IMG/VR virus record: IMGVR_UViG_2850972752_000004
Strand: one strand, 5' to 3'
DNA: 64,000 nucleotides
Source of the DNA: an uncultured virus (IMG/VR IMGVR_UViG_2850972752_000004)
Lineage: Duplodnaviria > Heunggongvirae > Uroviricota > Caudoviricetes
The stretch's first letter is position 1; each line of letters opens with the position of its first letter. The translations under genes and the position numbers were made by a program. Under the pieces are notes generated by a model. That model made no database searches. It was not told the DNA's origin and saw nothing but the letters and a program-made list of their open reading frames with translations. Shown in pieces: positions 1 through 9,343 of the stretch.

Positions 1-231
1 TCACTGGCAACGGATCACGCCGCTGGCGATGTCGTCATCGATGGAACGAAGCACATCGGCACCCTGGTGCATTCGCTCGATCACTTCGAGCAGGCGCTGA
101 GCCAGCCTGGGATCGCTCGAGCGCTCGACGGCGCGCATGATCTCGACGGCCGCAGACTCCTGATCGTTGGCCATCTGTTTCAACGCCTTGCGCAAGCGCT
201 GCTCGGTCCATTTCATCGACATGTCCTTCAC
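1..231 (-). CDS. small hypothetical protein outside the prophage (host side)
   Basis: 76-aa ORF, helical and charged, no recognisable motif. Confidence 0.45.
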   Translation of the reverse strand: MKDMSMKWTEQRLRKALKQMANDQESAAVEIMRAVERSSDPRLAQRLLEVIERMHQGADVLRSIDDDIASGVIRCQ

Positions 232-443
232 TCATACTGCCTAGACGGGCCCGGCAGGAACACGGGCCCGCTTAAGAGCACCGCGCCGGTGACAAGTTCA
301 ACCCGTCGACATGCCCGGCCGACACCAGCGAGCCAGGCGGAAGCGATGGCGTGGCGGAGCCGTGGGAAATCCGGGGAAAGACGATGCAGAGGCGTGGAGG
401 GGGAAACGAAAACGCCAGGCGCAAGGCCTGGCGTTCGAAAATA

Positions 444-520
444 TGGGGTGGACGATGGGAATCGAACCCACGACACCAGGAGCCACAATCCTGTGCTCTA
501 CCAACTGAGCTACGCCCACC
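444..520 (-). tRNA. tRNA-His (GTG), host
   Basis: Reverse complement GGTGGGCGTAGCTCAGTTGGTAGAGCACAGGATTGTGGCTCCTGGTGTCGTGGGTTCGATTCCCATCGTCCACCCCA; cloverleaf, G-1, anticodon GTG, CCA end. Confidence 0.97.
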
Positions 521-580
521 ATATTTCAAATCGTACCGGATTATCCGGCGTTACCCGCGGCGGTCGGCTGGACTCTGCCT

Positions 581-641
581 GAAGGTGGTGCGGACGGAGA
601 GACTCGAACTCTCACGCCTTGCGGCGCTGGAACCTAAATCC
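581..641. repeat. att core, left junction (duplicated 3' portion of tRNA-Leu)
   Basis: gaaggtggtgcggacggagagactcgaactctcacgccttgcggcgctggaacctaaatcc is identical to 63875-63935; the tRNA copy breaks off just past the anticodon loop. Confidence 0.97.
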
Positions 642-667
642 TGTCTCGCACCTCAGAAGCGCTTATA

Positions 668-754
668 TTACAACAGTTTACGCCGACCGCAATCACTTAA
701 ACTGTGCCAATCGTGAAATTCCTTTTCACGTTTTCCATTTCCGCGCTTCACGTT
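668..754. promoter_or_regulatory. putative integrase arm-type sites and IHF-like site near the left att
   Basis: TTCACGTT at 725-732 and 747-754, also at 63801-63808 and 63812-63819 near the right att; IHF-like ttacaacagttta at 668-680. Confidence 0.55.
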
Positions 755-771
755 TCCGTCACGGCCAGCAT

Positions 772-1035
772 TCAGCGGTCCGACTCGTAAGCCGCAACAC
801 CGCTACCGACAGAGCGCCACTCATCCTGCGGCATGCGCGAATCACAGATGAATACCTCGACCTCCCCGCCTTCTTTCGGCTCCGCAGGCCGAATAGCAGC
901 ATGCCGGAGAATCGTCTCCATGTCCGGCACGTAGCTGCTCTCCGAGCCGTGGAACGACCAGATGCCGAACTTGCCAGCGCTGCCCACCTGGTGGTCGAGC
1001 TTCACCGACCAGCCCTTGAATCGAATCACCAGCAT
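772..1035 (-). CDS. hypothetical protein, last gene of the late region
   Basis: MLVIRFKGWSVKLDHQ... 87 aa from the ATG at 1035, within the longer track ORF. Confidence 0.65.
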   Translation of the reverse strand: MLVIRFKGWSVKLDHQVGSAGKFGIWSFHGSESSYVPDMETILRHAAIRPAEPKEGGEVEVFICDSRMPQDEWRSVGSGVAAYESDR

Positions 1036-1070
1036 CACCGAGCTCCGTAGGAAAAGGCCGTAGTCTACTC

Positions 1071-1346
1071 CTAATCCTGACAGGCCTGATTCGCAGCCAG
1101 GAGCTGCGCCTCGTAACCGATCCGCTGCAAGCGTTCGGCGAGCAACGCGCGGACCTTGGTCTGCAAGTCGTCGCCTTTTCGCAGCCCAGTAGTTGCCCAA
1201 GCCGGCACCTCCACCGCCGGCACCCGGCACGGCACCGCCACTGGCACTTCTACGCGCACCGTGCGCGGCTCGGCTTCCTGCCTGGCGGCGCATCCCGCCA
1301 GCGCGACCGCAACCCACAATAGAGCAAAACCTGATTCACCTCTCAT
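1071..1346 (-). CDS. o-spanin (Rz1-like lipoprotein)
   Basis: Lipobox LAGC, Pro-rich VEVPVAVPC segment, downstream of endolysin and i-spanin. Confidence 0.85.
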   Translation of the reverse strand: MRGESGFALLWVAVALAGCAARQEAEPRTVRVEVPVAVPCRVPAVEVPAWATTGLRKGDDLQTKVRALLAERLQRIGYEAQLLAANQACQD

Positions 1347-1395
1347 TGCCCTTCCTCGACTTGATATTTCGGTCGTTTAGCTGTCTATACTGGAA

Positions 1396-1460
1396 ATGTC
1401 ACTTGACATGCCCAATATGGACGGGATAATCGCGGTCCACCGGGGGAATCCTGTGGATAA
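1396..1460 (+). promoter_or_regulatory. sigma70-like promoter of the hicBA-like moron, with palindrome and DnaA-box match
   Basis: TTGACA (1403-1408) 16 bp GATAAT (1425-1430); palindrome atgtcaCTtgacat over the -35; TGTGGATAA at 1452-1460. Confidence 0.6.
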
Positions 1461-1484
1461 CTTGTGTAAGCCAGAGGAGGCGCC

Positions 1485-1802
1485 ATGAAACCAGTCCAAT
1501 TCCTTCTCAGAGGGTATGCGGAGCACAAGGATGGCGTATGGCAAGCGTTCTGCATCGATCTGTGTCTGGCAGTACAGGGTGAGTCTCGTGAAGAGGTGAT
1601 CCGTAAACTCCACGAGCAAACCTACGATTACCTGAAAGACATCTTCGAGGGTGAAGACTACCCATACGCCGCTCAGCTCCTCGCCCGCAAAGCACCGCTG
1701 GTGCAACGCCTGAAGTATCACTACCTAGCATACAGGGAGCAGGTCAGCCGACTGCGCGATGTGTTCACCTTCAAAGACGCCATGCCTCTTAAGCTGGCGT
1801 AA
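1485..1802 (+). CDS. hicB: HicB-like antitoxin (N-terminal domain only)
   Basis: WQAFCIDLCLAVQGESREEVIRKL matches the HicB pattern (w.a...dl....qG.t.eea...l); adjacent to a HicA-like gene. Confidence 0.7.
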   Translation: MKPVQFLLRGYAEHKDGVWQAFCIDLCLAVQGESREEVIRKLHEQTYDYLKDIFEGEDYPYAAQLLARKAPLVQRLKYHYLAYREQVSRLRDVFTFKDAMPLKLA

Positions 1803-2045
1803 ATGGCAAGGCTCCACCCCGTCACATGCAAACAGGTCAAGGCAGCTCTAAAAGCGATGGGGTTCGAGCCAAGGCCAAGAACGGGAACATCTCACGAAAA
1901 GTGGGTGAAGACTGCGGGTAGCAACCGATGGATAGTAACAGTCGATTGCCCCAAATCTCCCTTCAGCAATGACCTGATCGCCTCCATGGCCAGACAGGCT
2001 GGAATGTCGACAAAGGCATTCCATAGGAAGTGCTGCGAATTCTAG
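1803..2045 (+). CDS. hicA: HicA-like mRNA interferase toxin
   Basis: KQVKAALKAMGFE..RTGTSHEKW..IVTV..LIASMARQAGM; HicA G-S-H motif. Confidence 0.8.
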   Translation: MARLHPVTCKQVKAALKAMGFEPRPRTGTSHEKWVKTAGSNRWIVTVDCPKSPFSNDLIASMARQAGMSTKAFHRKCCEF

Positions 2046-2067
2046 CCCCGCCATCGCGGGGCTTTTT
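2044..2067 (+). terminator. rho-independent terminator after hicA
   Basis: agccccgc-catc-gcggggct followed by a T run. Confidence 0.8.
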
Positions 2068-2434
2068 ACAATCCCAGTTCCCGATCAATCACCTGTTCAG
2101 TCGCACCACACTGCTCGCCGGCGGTGCGATCACGCAGCAGACGGTTGGCGGCGGAATACTGCTCGGCGGCCTGCTGTCGTCCCTGCTCCAGCGCATGGGC
2201 TGCCTCCCTGGCGCGCTGCTCACCAGCCTGACGCAGCGCGGCAATCTGCCCGCCCTGCTCCACTACTGCGGCCTCCAGGCTCCCACGAGCGGAACGGCAG
2301 GCGGCCAGATCCGCGCTCACGGCATCCAACTGCGGCCGGTAGTGCCGCGCGCCGAGCCAGACACCGCCGGCGGTGCCGAGGCCGACCAGCACCAGGCAGG
2401 CCAGCGCGACCGATAAAGCGCGAGCGGAGATCAC
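2066..2434 (-). CDS. i-spanin (Rz-like)
   Basis: N-terminal TM helix then coiled coil; overlaps the endolysin stop. Confidence 0.85.
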   Translation of the reverse strand: MISARALSVALACLVLVGLGTAGGVWLGARHYRPQLDAVSADLAACRSARGSLEAAVVEQGGQIAALRQAGEQRAREAAHALEQGRQQAAEQYSAANRLLRDRTAGEQCGATEQVIDRELGL

Positions 2435-2865
2435 GACAGCGGCTCCAGGAACAGCGCGCGCTCCGCCGCTCGACGCTTGACCAGACCCTCCAAGCGCTTA
2501 CCACCCGCATTCACCCAGCGAGGGAACTGGTCCGCTGCTCCCTGGTAGTCCCCCTTGTTCAGCAGCTTGAGCAGCGTGGACGACGCCAGATTGGCCGCGC
2601 CCAGGTTGTACACGAAGCTCATCAGGGCATCCCACTGGTTCTGGTTCAGTGGCACTTTCACCAGCTTGTCCATCTCGGGCTCGAAGCGCTGAATGTCGTT
2701 CGACAGCATCCGCTCGGCCTGCTCGACGGTGATCGTCATGTAGCGGGTGACGCCCCGCGTGGTGCCGTAGCCAATGGTCCAAACGCCTACCGAGTCCTGA
2801 TAGGCGGACAGGCGCAGGCCCTCGAAGGATTTGATGAGGTCTATGCCTCGTTGGGATGTACGCAT
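2431..2865 (-). CDS. endolysin, phage lysozyme (GH24)
   Basis: FEGLRLSAYQDSVGVWTIGYG with the E-x8-D-x5-T catalytic motif; GLVKRRAAERALF C-terminus. Confidence 0.95.
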   Translation of the reverse strand: MRTSQRGIDLIKSFEGLRLSAYQDSVGVWTIGYGTTRGVTRYMTITVEQAERMLSNDIQRFEPEMDKLVKVPLNQNQWDALMSFVYNLGAANLASSTLLKLLNKGDYQGAADQFPRWVNAGGKRLEGLVKRRAAERALFLEPLS

Positions 2866-2934
2866 TTACGGGTCTCCAAAAACGACGAAGCCCGCGCAGG
2901 GCGGGCTTTCGTTCGTCGATAGGTTTTGTCAGGT

Positions 2935-3162
2935 TTAATCTGGCAACGGGAAACGTGCTTTGATCTCCTCGACCTTGGCGATCCAGGCAGAGTAGTCCGG
3001 CTCGGTACCGGCCTTGATCGCATCGAATTCAGCCTCGGTCTTGAGCGGGTCACTCTCCAGGCGGTATGCATTTGCCCGCGCCACGGCTGCGGCATCGTAC
3101 TCAGCCTGCCTGCGCTCTTGCGCCTGCTGTTCAGCGGTCTTTACCTTGCTCCAGTCGATCAT
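2935..3162 (-). CDS. putative tail fibre assembly protein
   Basis: MIDWSKVKT...AYRLESDPL...IKARFP; follows the tail fibre gene. Confidence 0.65.
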   Translation of the reverse strand: MIDWSKVKTAEQQAQERRQAEYDAAAVARANAYRLESDPLKTEAEFDAIKAGTEPDYSAWIAKVEEIKARFPLPD

Positions 3163-3461
3163 CGCGGTAACTCCACAGGTCCATCGGCATCGATCAGCAA
3201 CGGTTCAGGAATGCGAGCGGCGGCACTTGCATCATCAGCCAGCGGGAACCGCAGGCTCAGTTCCAGCCGGTCGGCACGTCGCACTGCGGGACCAGCGAAC
3301 CACTCTGATCCAATCGCCTCGGCCGGCAGTTCGCCACCCTCCGGTAACGGTGTGAAGTCGAACGCCTGGCCGTTCACGGTGAGCACATCGCCAGCCCTGC
3401 TCAGCGATAGGCGTTCGCCGCTGCCTGGCAGCGGATAGTACGGTGACAATGTGATGATCAT
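3159..3461 (-). CDS. putative tail fibre assembly/chaperone protein
   Basis: MIITLSP...GDVLTVNGQAFDF; translationally coupled to the fibre gene. Confidence 0.65.
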   Translation of the reverse strand: MIITLSPYYPLPGSGERLSLSRAGDVLTVNGQAFDFTPLPEGGELPAEAIGSEWFAGPAVRRADRLELSLRFPLADDASAAARIPEPLLIDADGPVELPR

Positions 3462-4252
3462 CAGTACCATCTCCCAAACGCGATGTATCCGGGCATAACC
3501 TCGGCTCTATCAACAAATCCGTGAGAAATCAGCGTCACAACAGAAGCCGACGGAGGGTTCATCGAAAGCCATGCACGAGCTGTTGCGCCCTCTCTAAACG
3601 CCGGAACCGGTGAAACAGATGGCGCAGCAGAAAACGCAGCAGGAAAATAGAACGCAGCAACGCCCCCCGACTGAAACCCACCCCCGGTCGCAACGCTGCA
3701 CACCAGAGCGGTACTGCTAACGCCAGCGCATATCTGAGTTCCGTCCGCAAACCGCACGAACTCTCCGTTCGCGTTGCTCCCGCGCTGGATCACCGCACCG
3801 GTGGGTACGCCGCTCGCCTGCGAAACCGTGCCGAGAATACTGTCTCGAGAGTACAAAGCCCCCGAGCTACCAAGTGCCTCCCGTACCGCCGCGCTGCCGA
3901 GGCCGAGATCCCCCCGCGCCGCTGCGGCATTTGCAGAGAGCGCCCAGGGCTTTATGCCTGCCAGCGTCGCTCCCCAATCCATCGCGATCTGGTTGAAACG
4001 ATCTGACAGGTCCTTGTCGTAGCCCAGTATCGGCGCCACCGCAAAGGCCTGGCCGCTAGCCGTGCTGCCCTGGTAGTTGGGCTTGATCGAGATGACCGTC
4101 GAACTGGCGACGTTGCTCACCTCGTAAAGGCGCCCATCAGGGGCAATAAAGGCGTCGCCTACCCGGACATTCGAAGAAAACTGAGTTCCGGTGCCGGTGA
4201 CTGTCGGCGAATTCAGCGTGACAGCGACCGTGCCTGTGGAATACCAAGCCAT
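3461..4252 (-). CDS. tail fibre protein
   Basis: MAWYSTGTVAVT N-terminus, GSNANGEFVRFADGTQIC motif, C-terminal AFGRWY typical of Pseudomonas phage and pyocin fibres. Confidence 0.85.
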   Translation of the reverse strand: MAWYSTGTVAVTLNSPTVTGTGTQFSSNVRVGDAFIAPDGRLYEVSNVASSTVISIKPNYQGSTASGQAFAVAPILGYDKDLSDRFNQIAMDWGATLAGIKPWALSANAAAARGDLGLGSAAVREALGSSGALYSRDSILGTVSQASGVPTGAVIQRGSNANGEFVRFADGTQICAGVSSTALVCSVATGGGFQSGGVAAFYFPAAFSAAPSVSPVPAFREGATARAWLSMNPPSASVVTLISHGFVDRAEVMPGYIAFGRWY

Positions 4253-4270
4253 ATAGTCCTCCAGATGTGT

Positions 4271-4936
4271 TTACGCTACTGCAATGAGCGGCCAATTGAA
4301 CTGCTGATTTGTTTCCGACCCAACAACTGATGACACAAATATCAAGCTCATTGAGTTCTCAAGAAACCCAATACGCGGAGCCTCAGCAGTGATAAATGCG
4401 CTTACATTGAAGTGGCTAACTTGAAAGTAAGCCTCAGTTCCGTAGGGGAACGGCAAATACCACGTCTGCAGCGCCAAACCGCCAGGCCAGTTCGGGTTAT
4501 ACGCATATTTATTCCAAACCTGTGCGCCACCGACATAGCGAACGATGTCCCGGTTACTGTCGAACATCACACGCGACTGGGAGTCGAAAACCTGCATTCC
4601 CCACCCACCGGTTTTCGGCAACATGACCGCGCCAGCTTTCCACTTTCCGCCGTAGATTGGAGGGTCCACGTCCTGATAGATCGTCTGCCAGAATGCAAAT
4701 CCAGTCCAGTTCCCCGGGGCGCCAATATGTCTGAACAAATAGATTTGATGCGGACCATTTGGGCGCACGAAGACATACGGCTCATACGGGGACTGTATTG
4801 GAGAGGCATATTGAATAACAGTTTCTCTGCCGGTCGTATGTCCATAAGTTCCCGACGCAGCGAAGTGAATACATGGATTACTGTCGTCGATTATTGTTTG
4901 CCCAGTATCCCCGCGAATTAATACTCCGTAGCTCAT
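4271..4936 (-). CDS. tail tip accessory protein
   Basis: MSYGVLIRG... with internal repeat WGMQVFDSQSRVMFDS; lies between J and the fibre. Confidence 0.7.
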   Translation of the reverse strand: MSYGVLIRGDTGQTIIDDSNPCIHFAASGTYGHTTGRETVIQYASPIQSPYEPYVFVRPNGPHQIYLFRHIGAPGNWTGFAFWQTIYQDVDPPIYGGKWKAGAVMLPKTGGWGMQVFDSQSRVMFDSNRDIVRYVGGAQVWNKYAYNPNWPGGLALQTWYLPFPYGTEAYFQVSHFNVSAFITAEAPRIGFLENSMSLIFVSSVVGSETNQQFNWPLIAVA

Positions 4937-5217
4937 GAGAACATCACCGCATGCAGTACATAGGTTGTTCCGGATGATCCGTTCCAATGGAACTTCACCA
5001 CATTCCCGGAAATTGTGTATAGGGGAACCTCGCCGAATGCATTTCCGCTGGCGATGATGAACACAACACCGCGCGCAGGATCGAAACCCGGCACCGTCAC
5101 CGTCATCCCGTTGGTGATGGCGCCGAGCGACTGCCGGTAGACCGTGCGCGCCGATTGGCCGGTGAGCTCCATCAGGATGGAGCCGGCCGCATTTCTCAGG
5201 CGGATTCCGTAGCTCAT
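4933..5217 (-). CDS. small tail tip accessory protein
   Basis: MSYGIRLRNAAG..., coupled to the J stop. Confidence 0.7.
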   Translation of the reverse strand: MSYGIRLRNAAGSILMELTGQSARTVYRQSLGAITNGMTVTVPGFDPARGVVFIIASGNAFGEVPLYTISGNVVKFHWNGSSGTTYVLHAVMFS

Positions 5218-8200
5218 ACGTCTAGATTCCCGATCTGTACTCGCAGCACCAAATTTGCGTCGTAGACCTTGGTGGCCTCCGCTGTCTGCCTCATGAAGCC
5301 GCCAGACGTGGCGCTGTTCATCGTCAAGCTCCCCGCTTTATCCAGCTTCCACAGAGGCTCGCCGTTGGCACCGAGTGCGGTCGACTGAATAACGTTGCCG
5401 ATCTTCGCGTTGGTGATCGAACCGTCCTGGATCATCGCGTTGTTGATGAACATCTGTCCGCCGACGATCGAGACCGGCGCCACGGTCTGCCCGCTGGAAC
5501 TGTTGAACCAGAGGAACCGATCGGCCTGGAACGCCATGGTCGTCACGCTCGTACCGCTGTCGAAGCCCAGTTGCCAGCCAGCGGCGTACTTCTGTCCGTT
5601 GGCATGCGCCTGGAGCTTCACGCTGTAGAGCGCCTTGACGTTGCCATCCAGAGAGGCCACTGCCTGGGACGTCGTCTGGATTGCCGCACTGTTGCTACCC
5701 ACCTCCGCTGAAAGTTGGTCGATGCGCTGGGCAGTGGCTTGTCTGTCGCTCGCGGTCACCTGCTCGACCGTGGTAATGCGCCCCTCCGCAGTTGCAGTCC
5801 GCGCTTCAAGCAAGCTCGTCCGCTTCGCCTGCGCTTCGTCCTCGTTCGCCCGCACGGTGACTTCGGTGGCGGCTCGAGCAATGGTGTCCCAGCCCTTCAG
5901 CGCATCGGCCTTCTCTCCGGTCGCCGGCTCCCGGCGGGCGGCAGCCTGCAGAACATCCAGGCTCGAAGCCGCCGCTTCGACCTTACCGTCGAGCTCGGTG
6001 ATATCCGCGGTGTTGGTGGCCACCTGCTGGGCCAGGCCGTTGGCCGTCTCGATCGACTGTCCGATGTCGGCCCAGTAGGTCGCATTCGGCGGAGAGGCGT
6101 TGAGCGGCACCGCCTGCTTCGCTTGATACAGCCGGTTGCCGACCCGCACGATATCGTTCTTCGCGTAGGTCTTCGTCGGGTCGTAGGCCAGCACATCGGT
6201 CAGATTGTCGATCTGGTCCTGCAAGCCACTGATATCGACCTGCATCTGATCGATTTCGGCGAAGAACTGTTCGCCCAGCGCGGACTCGACGTACTCCTTG
6301 GTGATCAGTTCGTTGTACTCGCTCGCATCCGTCGAGCTGATGCCGTCGACCCAGGCCGACCATGGGCCGACGTTGCCGGTCCGGTCGATCAGCCGCCCGC
6401 GGAAGGCCAGGCGAGCGCCGGCCGCCAGCGAGGTCAGCGTGTGGGTGTCGGTCGGGTATGCGAACAAGCCCAGGGCAGTTGCGTTCTGTTCGCTGCCGCC
6501 CGGGGTAACCGACTGCTGGATCTCGGTGTAGGCGGTGTCCGACGCGCCACTGGCCGGGAATCCCCACTCCAGGCCGATCTTCCACGGCCCGCTGGTGGTG
6601 CGCAGGAACGCCAGCGCCGGCGGCGCGCCGGTCTTGCCGCTGAGCTGGGTCAGGATCGAACTCTTCCAGACCGACGTGATGTCGAAGGCCGACACCGCGC
6701 GCACCCGCGCCAGATAGCCACCTGCGTAGATGCCGGTCACATCGACGCTGGTGGTGCCGGCACGCGGCAGGCGGATCCAGTTGCCGCTGTCCTTCTTCCA
6801 CTCCACGTCGTAAGCGACAGCCCCTTCCACGGGTGGCCAGGCGATGGTCATCGTGCTGACCGCCAACCCCTGATCGAACTGGTAGTGCGAGGTCAACGTG
6901 ACGCTCGCCGGCGGCGCCACGGTGGTGATCGGGATAACGCTGATCGGCCGGCTCTCCAACTTGGCGCCAGTGTCGATCGCTGAGAACTTCCCGGGCTCAT
7001 ACTGCAGCGCAGTGATCTCGAAGACACCGCGCTCCGGCTGGCTGACTTTCATCACACGGTAGAGCGGCACCGCCAGGTCGTCGGCATCGAGGGTCCAGAC
7101 CAATTCCGGTAGCGGGGTCTCGCTGTAGGCTGTCGTCACGGTCACCGCGCGCCCGGCTACCGACTGCACGGTTCGCGCCTCAGCCTTACCGCTGGGCAGG
7201 TTCAGGAGCAGCCGGTCGCCAGCCTTCGCCTGGGTATCGCGATCCAAGGTGATCACCCGGCCAGCAACCGCCGAGATCCTCCCGCCGATCTCCCGTCCAG
7301 CCAACAGCGCGTCAGCCACCGGAATCACCCATCCCGGCAGCGGAATCGCCCCGTCCATACCGGTACGGAACGTTACCGTGCGATCCTGGCTGTTGGTCAG
7401 GATCGCCCATTTTCCGCGCCGCTGGGCCTCACTCTCGCGGTCGCAGCCAATGGCTGCCACCTCGACCGGGTTGTCGCCGTAACGCCGCTGCAGGCGCTTA
7501 TCGGTGGCCACAGCCACGTCGGTGTCGTAGTTGTTCGCCGGATTGTCGTAGCTGACCAAGGCACGGCTGTAGCGAGTGCGCTCACTGGCCGAGCCGTAGC
7601 TGAAGCGGCCGTCGATGACATTGGCCCGGGTGTAGGCGAAATCGACGTCGGTGGCGCGCGGAATATCCGCCTGGATCTTCAGTTGGCCCTGGGCCCAGTA
7701 CGCCATGCCGCGGTAGATAGCGGTGAGGTCGCGCAGCAGCTCCCAGGCCCCGGCGCGGCTTTGCAGGTTGAGGTTGCAGGTGTGTCGCGGCTCCTGGCCA
7801 CCCTTCCCATCCGGCACCAACTGGTCGCAGTACTGGGAAATCCGGTACATCTCCCAGCGATCGACCATCCAGGCCTTGATGCGTTTACCCACACCGAAAC
7901 GATCGTTGGTCACGATGTCGTAGGTGTGCCAGACCGGGTTGTCGGTCCAGGCCTGTTTCATCGTGCCGTCCCAGATGCCGAGGTAGGCCCGGGTCTCCGG
8001 ATCGTAGTTGCTCGGCACTTGAACCTTCCGCCCGCGGCAGTCGACTGTGACAGCCGGAATGTTGCTGAACTGCTCTGCGCTGAACTCGACGTACAGCAGG
8101 GCCGTGTTCGGGTAGCGCAGCTTCGCGTCGATCACCTCGGTGTAACCGGCGATCAGCATGGTGTCGGCGATACGGTTGTTGTTCTGGTTTGGCGTCAGGC

Positions 8201-8780
8201 GGCGGACGCGCACCTGCCAGCCACTGGTGGCCACCGGCAGGTCGATTCGGCGGGAGCGCTCGTAGCGGGTGGTGGTCTTGCCATCGACGGCCTCGCGCAG
8301 CACCTCCTGATAGGCGCCGCCGTCGGTGGCCAGATCTACGGCATATTCGATCCGGTACCCGCCGATGTTGCCGTTGGTGTCCTGCTGCTGGAGCGCTGGC
8401 CATGCGAAGCGCAGGCGCACTGCGGAAAGTTGGGTATTGCTCAGCGAGCGCACCCAGGGCGTATCGCTGCGCAACTCGACGTTGACGCTGGTTTCATTCT
8501 CAACGGCAGGGATGCCCGGGATGTAGTCCTGGTCGACTGCTCCCGCGCGCCACTCCCACTTAACGTTGGGGAAGTTCAGGTTACCGCTCGGGTCCATCAG
8601 CGGGGTGTTGTCGAGGTAGATGTCGCGCTCGCTCGGAACCCCGGCGAACTCGCCCTCGCCCACGGCGAGCAGGATCTTAGCCATCGCGACCGAGCGCAGG
8701 CTGTCGGGTGCCTCGACCGGCTGTTTCGGCTTGCTACTGCCGCCCTTGCGGCCGGCCAGGTGCTGGTGAACTGCGCCCAT
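5214..8780 (-). CDS. host-specificity tail tip protein, lambda gpJ-like
   Basis: GRKGGSSKPKQPVEAPDSLRS, VGEGE, AWTDNPVW, FN3-like segments, C-terminal IQDGSITNAKIG; start at MGAVHQ. Confidence 0.92.
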   Translation of the reverse strand: MGAVHQHLAGRKGGSSKPKQPVEAPDSLRSVAMAKILLAVGEGEFAGVPSERDIYLDNTPLMDPSGNLNFPNVKWEWRAGAVDQDYIPGIPAVENETSVNVELRSDTPWVRSLSNTQLSAVRLRFAWPALQQQDTNGNIGGYRIEYAVDLATDGGAYQEVLREAVDGKTTTRYERSRRIDLPVATSGWQVRVRRLTPNQNNNRIADTMLIAGYTEVIDAKLRYPNTALLYVEFSAEQFSNIPAVTVDCRGRKVQVPSNYDPETRAYLGIWDGTMKQAWTDNPVWHTYDIVTNDRFGVGKRIKAWMVDRWEMYRISQYCDQLVPDGKGGQEPRHTCNLNLQSRAGAWELLRDLTAIYRGMAYWAQGQLKIQADIPRATDVDFAYTRANVIDGRFSYGSASERTRYSRALVSYDNPANNYDTDVAVATDKRLQRRYGDNPVEVAAIGCDRESEAQRRGKWAILTNSQDRTVTFRTGMDGAIPLPGWVIPVADALLAGREIGGRISAVAGRVITLDRDTQAKAGDRLLLNLPSGKAEARTVQSVAGRAVTVTTAYSETPLPELVWTLDADDLAVPLYRVMKVSQPERGVFEITALQYEPGKFSAIDTGAKLESRPISVIPITTVAPPASVTLTSHYQFDQGLAVSTMTIAWPPVEGAVAYDVEWKKDSGNWIRLPRAGTTSVDVTGIYAGGYLARVRAVSAFDITSVWKSSILTQLSGKTGAPPALAFLRTTSGPWKIGLEWGFPASGASDTAYTEIQQSVTPGGSEQNATALGLFAYPTDTHTLTSLAAGARLAFRGRLIDRTGNVGPWSAWVDGISSTDASEYNELITKEYVESALGEQFFAEIDQMQVDISGLQDQIDNLTDVLAYDPTKTYAKNDIVRVGNRLYQAKQAVPLNASPPNATYWADIGQSIETANGLAQQVATNTADITELDGKVEAAASSLDVLQAAARREPATGEKADALKGWDTIARAATEVTVRANEDEAQAKRTSLLEARTATAEGRITTVEQVTASDRQATAQRIDQLSAEVGSNSAAIQTTSQAVASLDGNVKALYSVKLQAHANGQKYAAGWQLGFDSGTSVTTMAFQADRFLWFNSSSGQTVAPVSIVGGQMFINNAMIQDGSITNAKIGNVIQSTALGANGEPLWKLDKAGSLTMNSATSGGFMRQTAEATKVYDANLVLRVQIGNLDV

Positions 8781-8975
8781 GCTTTCCTCCGGGCATGAAA
8801 AAGCCCGCGCGAGGCGGGCTGGAAGGTTGTACAGCGTGGATGAAATGCCAGTGGCAACCGCCCTACCGGGGTAGTAGCGTCGTGCCTTCATGCAAGGGTT
8901 TCCCGACCCTGAGCGTGCCGGCCCAGGGATCGGGAGGCGCCAATGTCGGCGCGGTTAAAGACCTAGGAGGTCGAC

Positions 8976-9233
8976 ATGAGTAATGAAAAGACTTTGAGCC
9001 CAATGGAGCAAGGGCTCCTCGTAGCTCTCACAGCAATTGCAGCAAGCCTGCGCTCCACTCCAGGGTTTGACGGCGATGGCCTCACCAAGGCGGCCCAATA
9101 CTTTATCGACAACCAGCCGCCCGACTGTATGTCAGGAAACGCCTTCAGCGCTTACGAGTGGCCGCTGACGATCCTGAAAGCTGACGTTTCTCAGCTTCAG
9201 AACATGCTGAACGAAGGCAAGGTTCGGAACTGA
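8976..9233 (+). CDS. hypothetical moron protein, opposite to the tail operon
   Basis: Strong RBS AGGAGG before the ATG; 85 aa. Confidence 0.7.
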   Translation: MSNEKTLSPMEQGLLVALTAIAASLRSTPGFDGDGLTKAAQYFIDNQPPDCMSGNAFSAYEWPLTILKADVSQLQNMLNEGKVRN

Positions 9234-9343
9234 GCTCCAACCCTTCCTTCTTCGAGAGCCGCCAGGCTGGGTTGCCGCTGGCGGTTTTCCTTGCAGACTC
9301 AATCATCGCTTTCTCCCGCGGCGTAGCCGCTCATGGTGGGTTG

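Noticed and set aside
586..641. Second tRNA-Leu gene
   Set aside because: Only the 3' part is present; it is the att duplication
8819..8834. LexA-box-like CTG-N10-CAG upstream of the 8976 moron
   Set aside because: Only a moderate match with a non-AT-rich core; such 16-mers are common by chance
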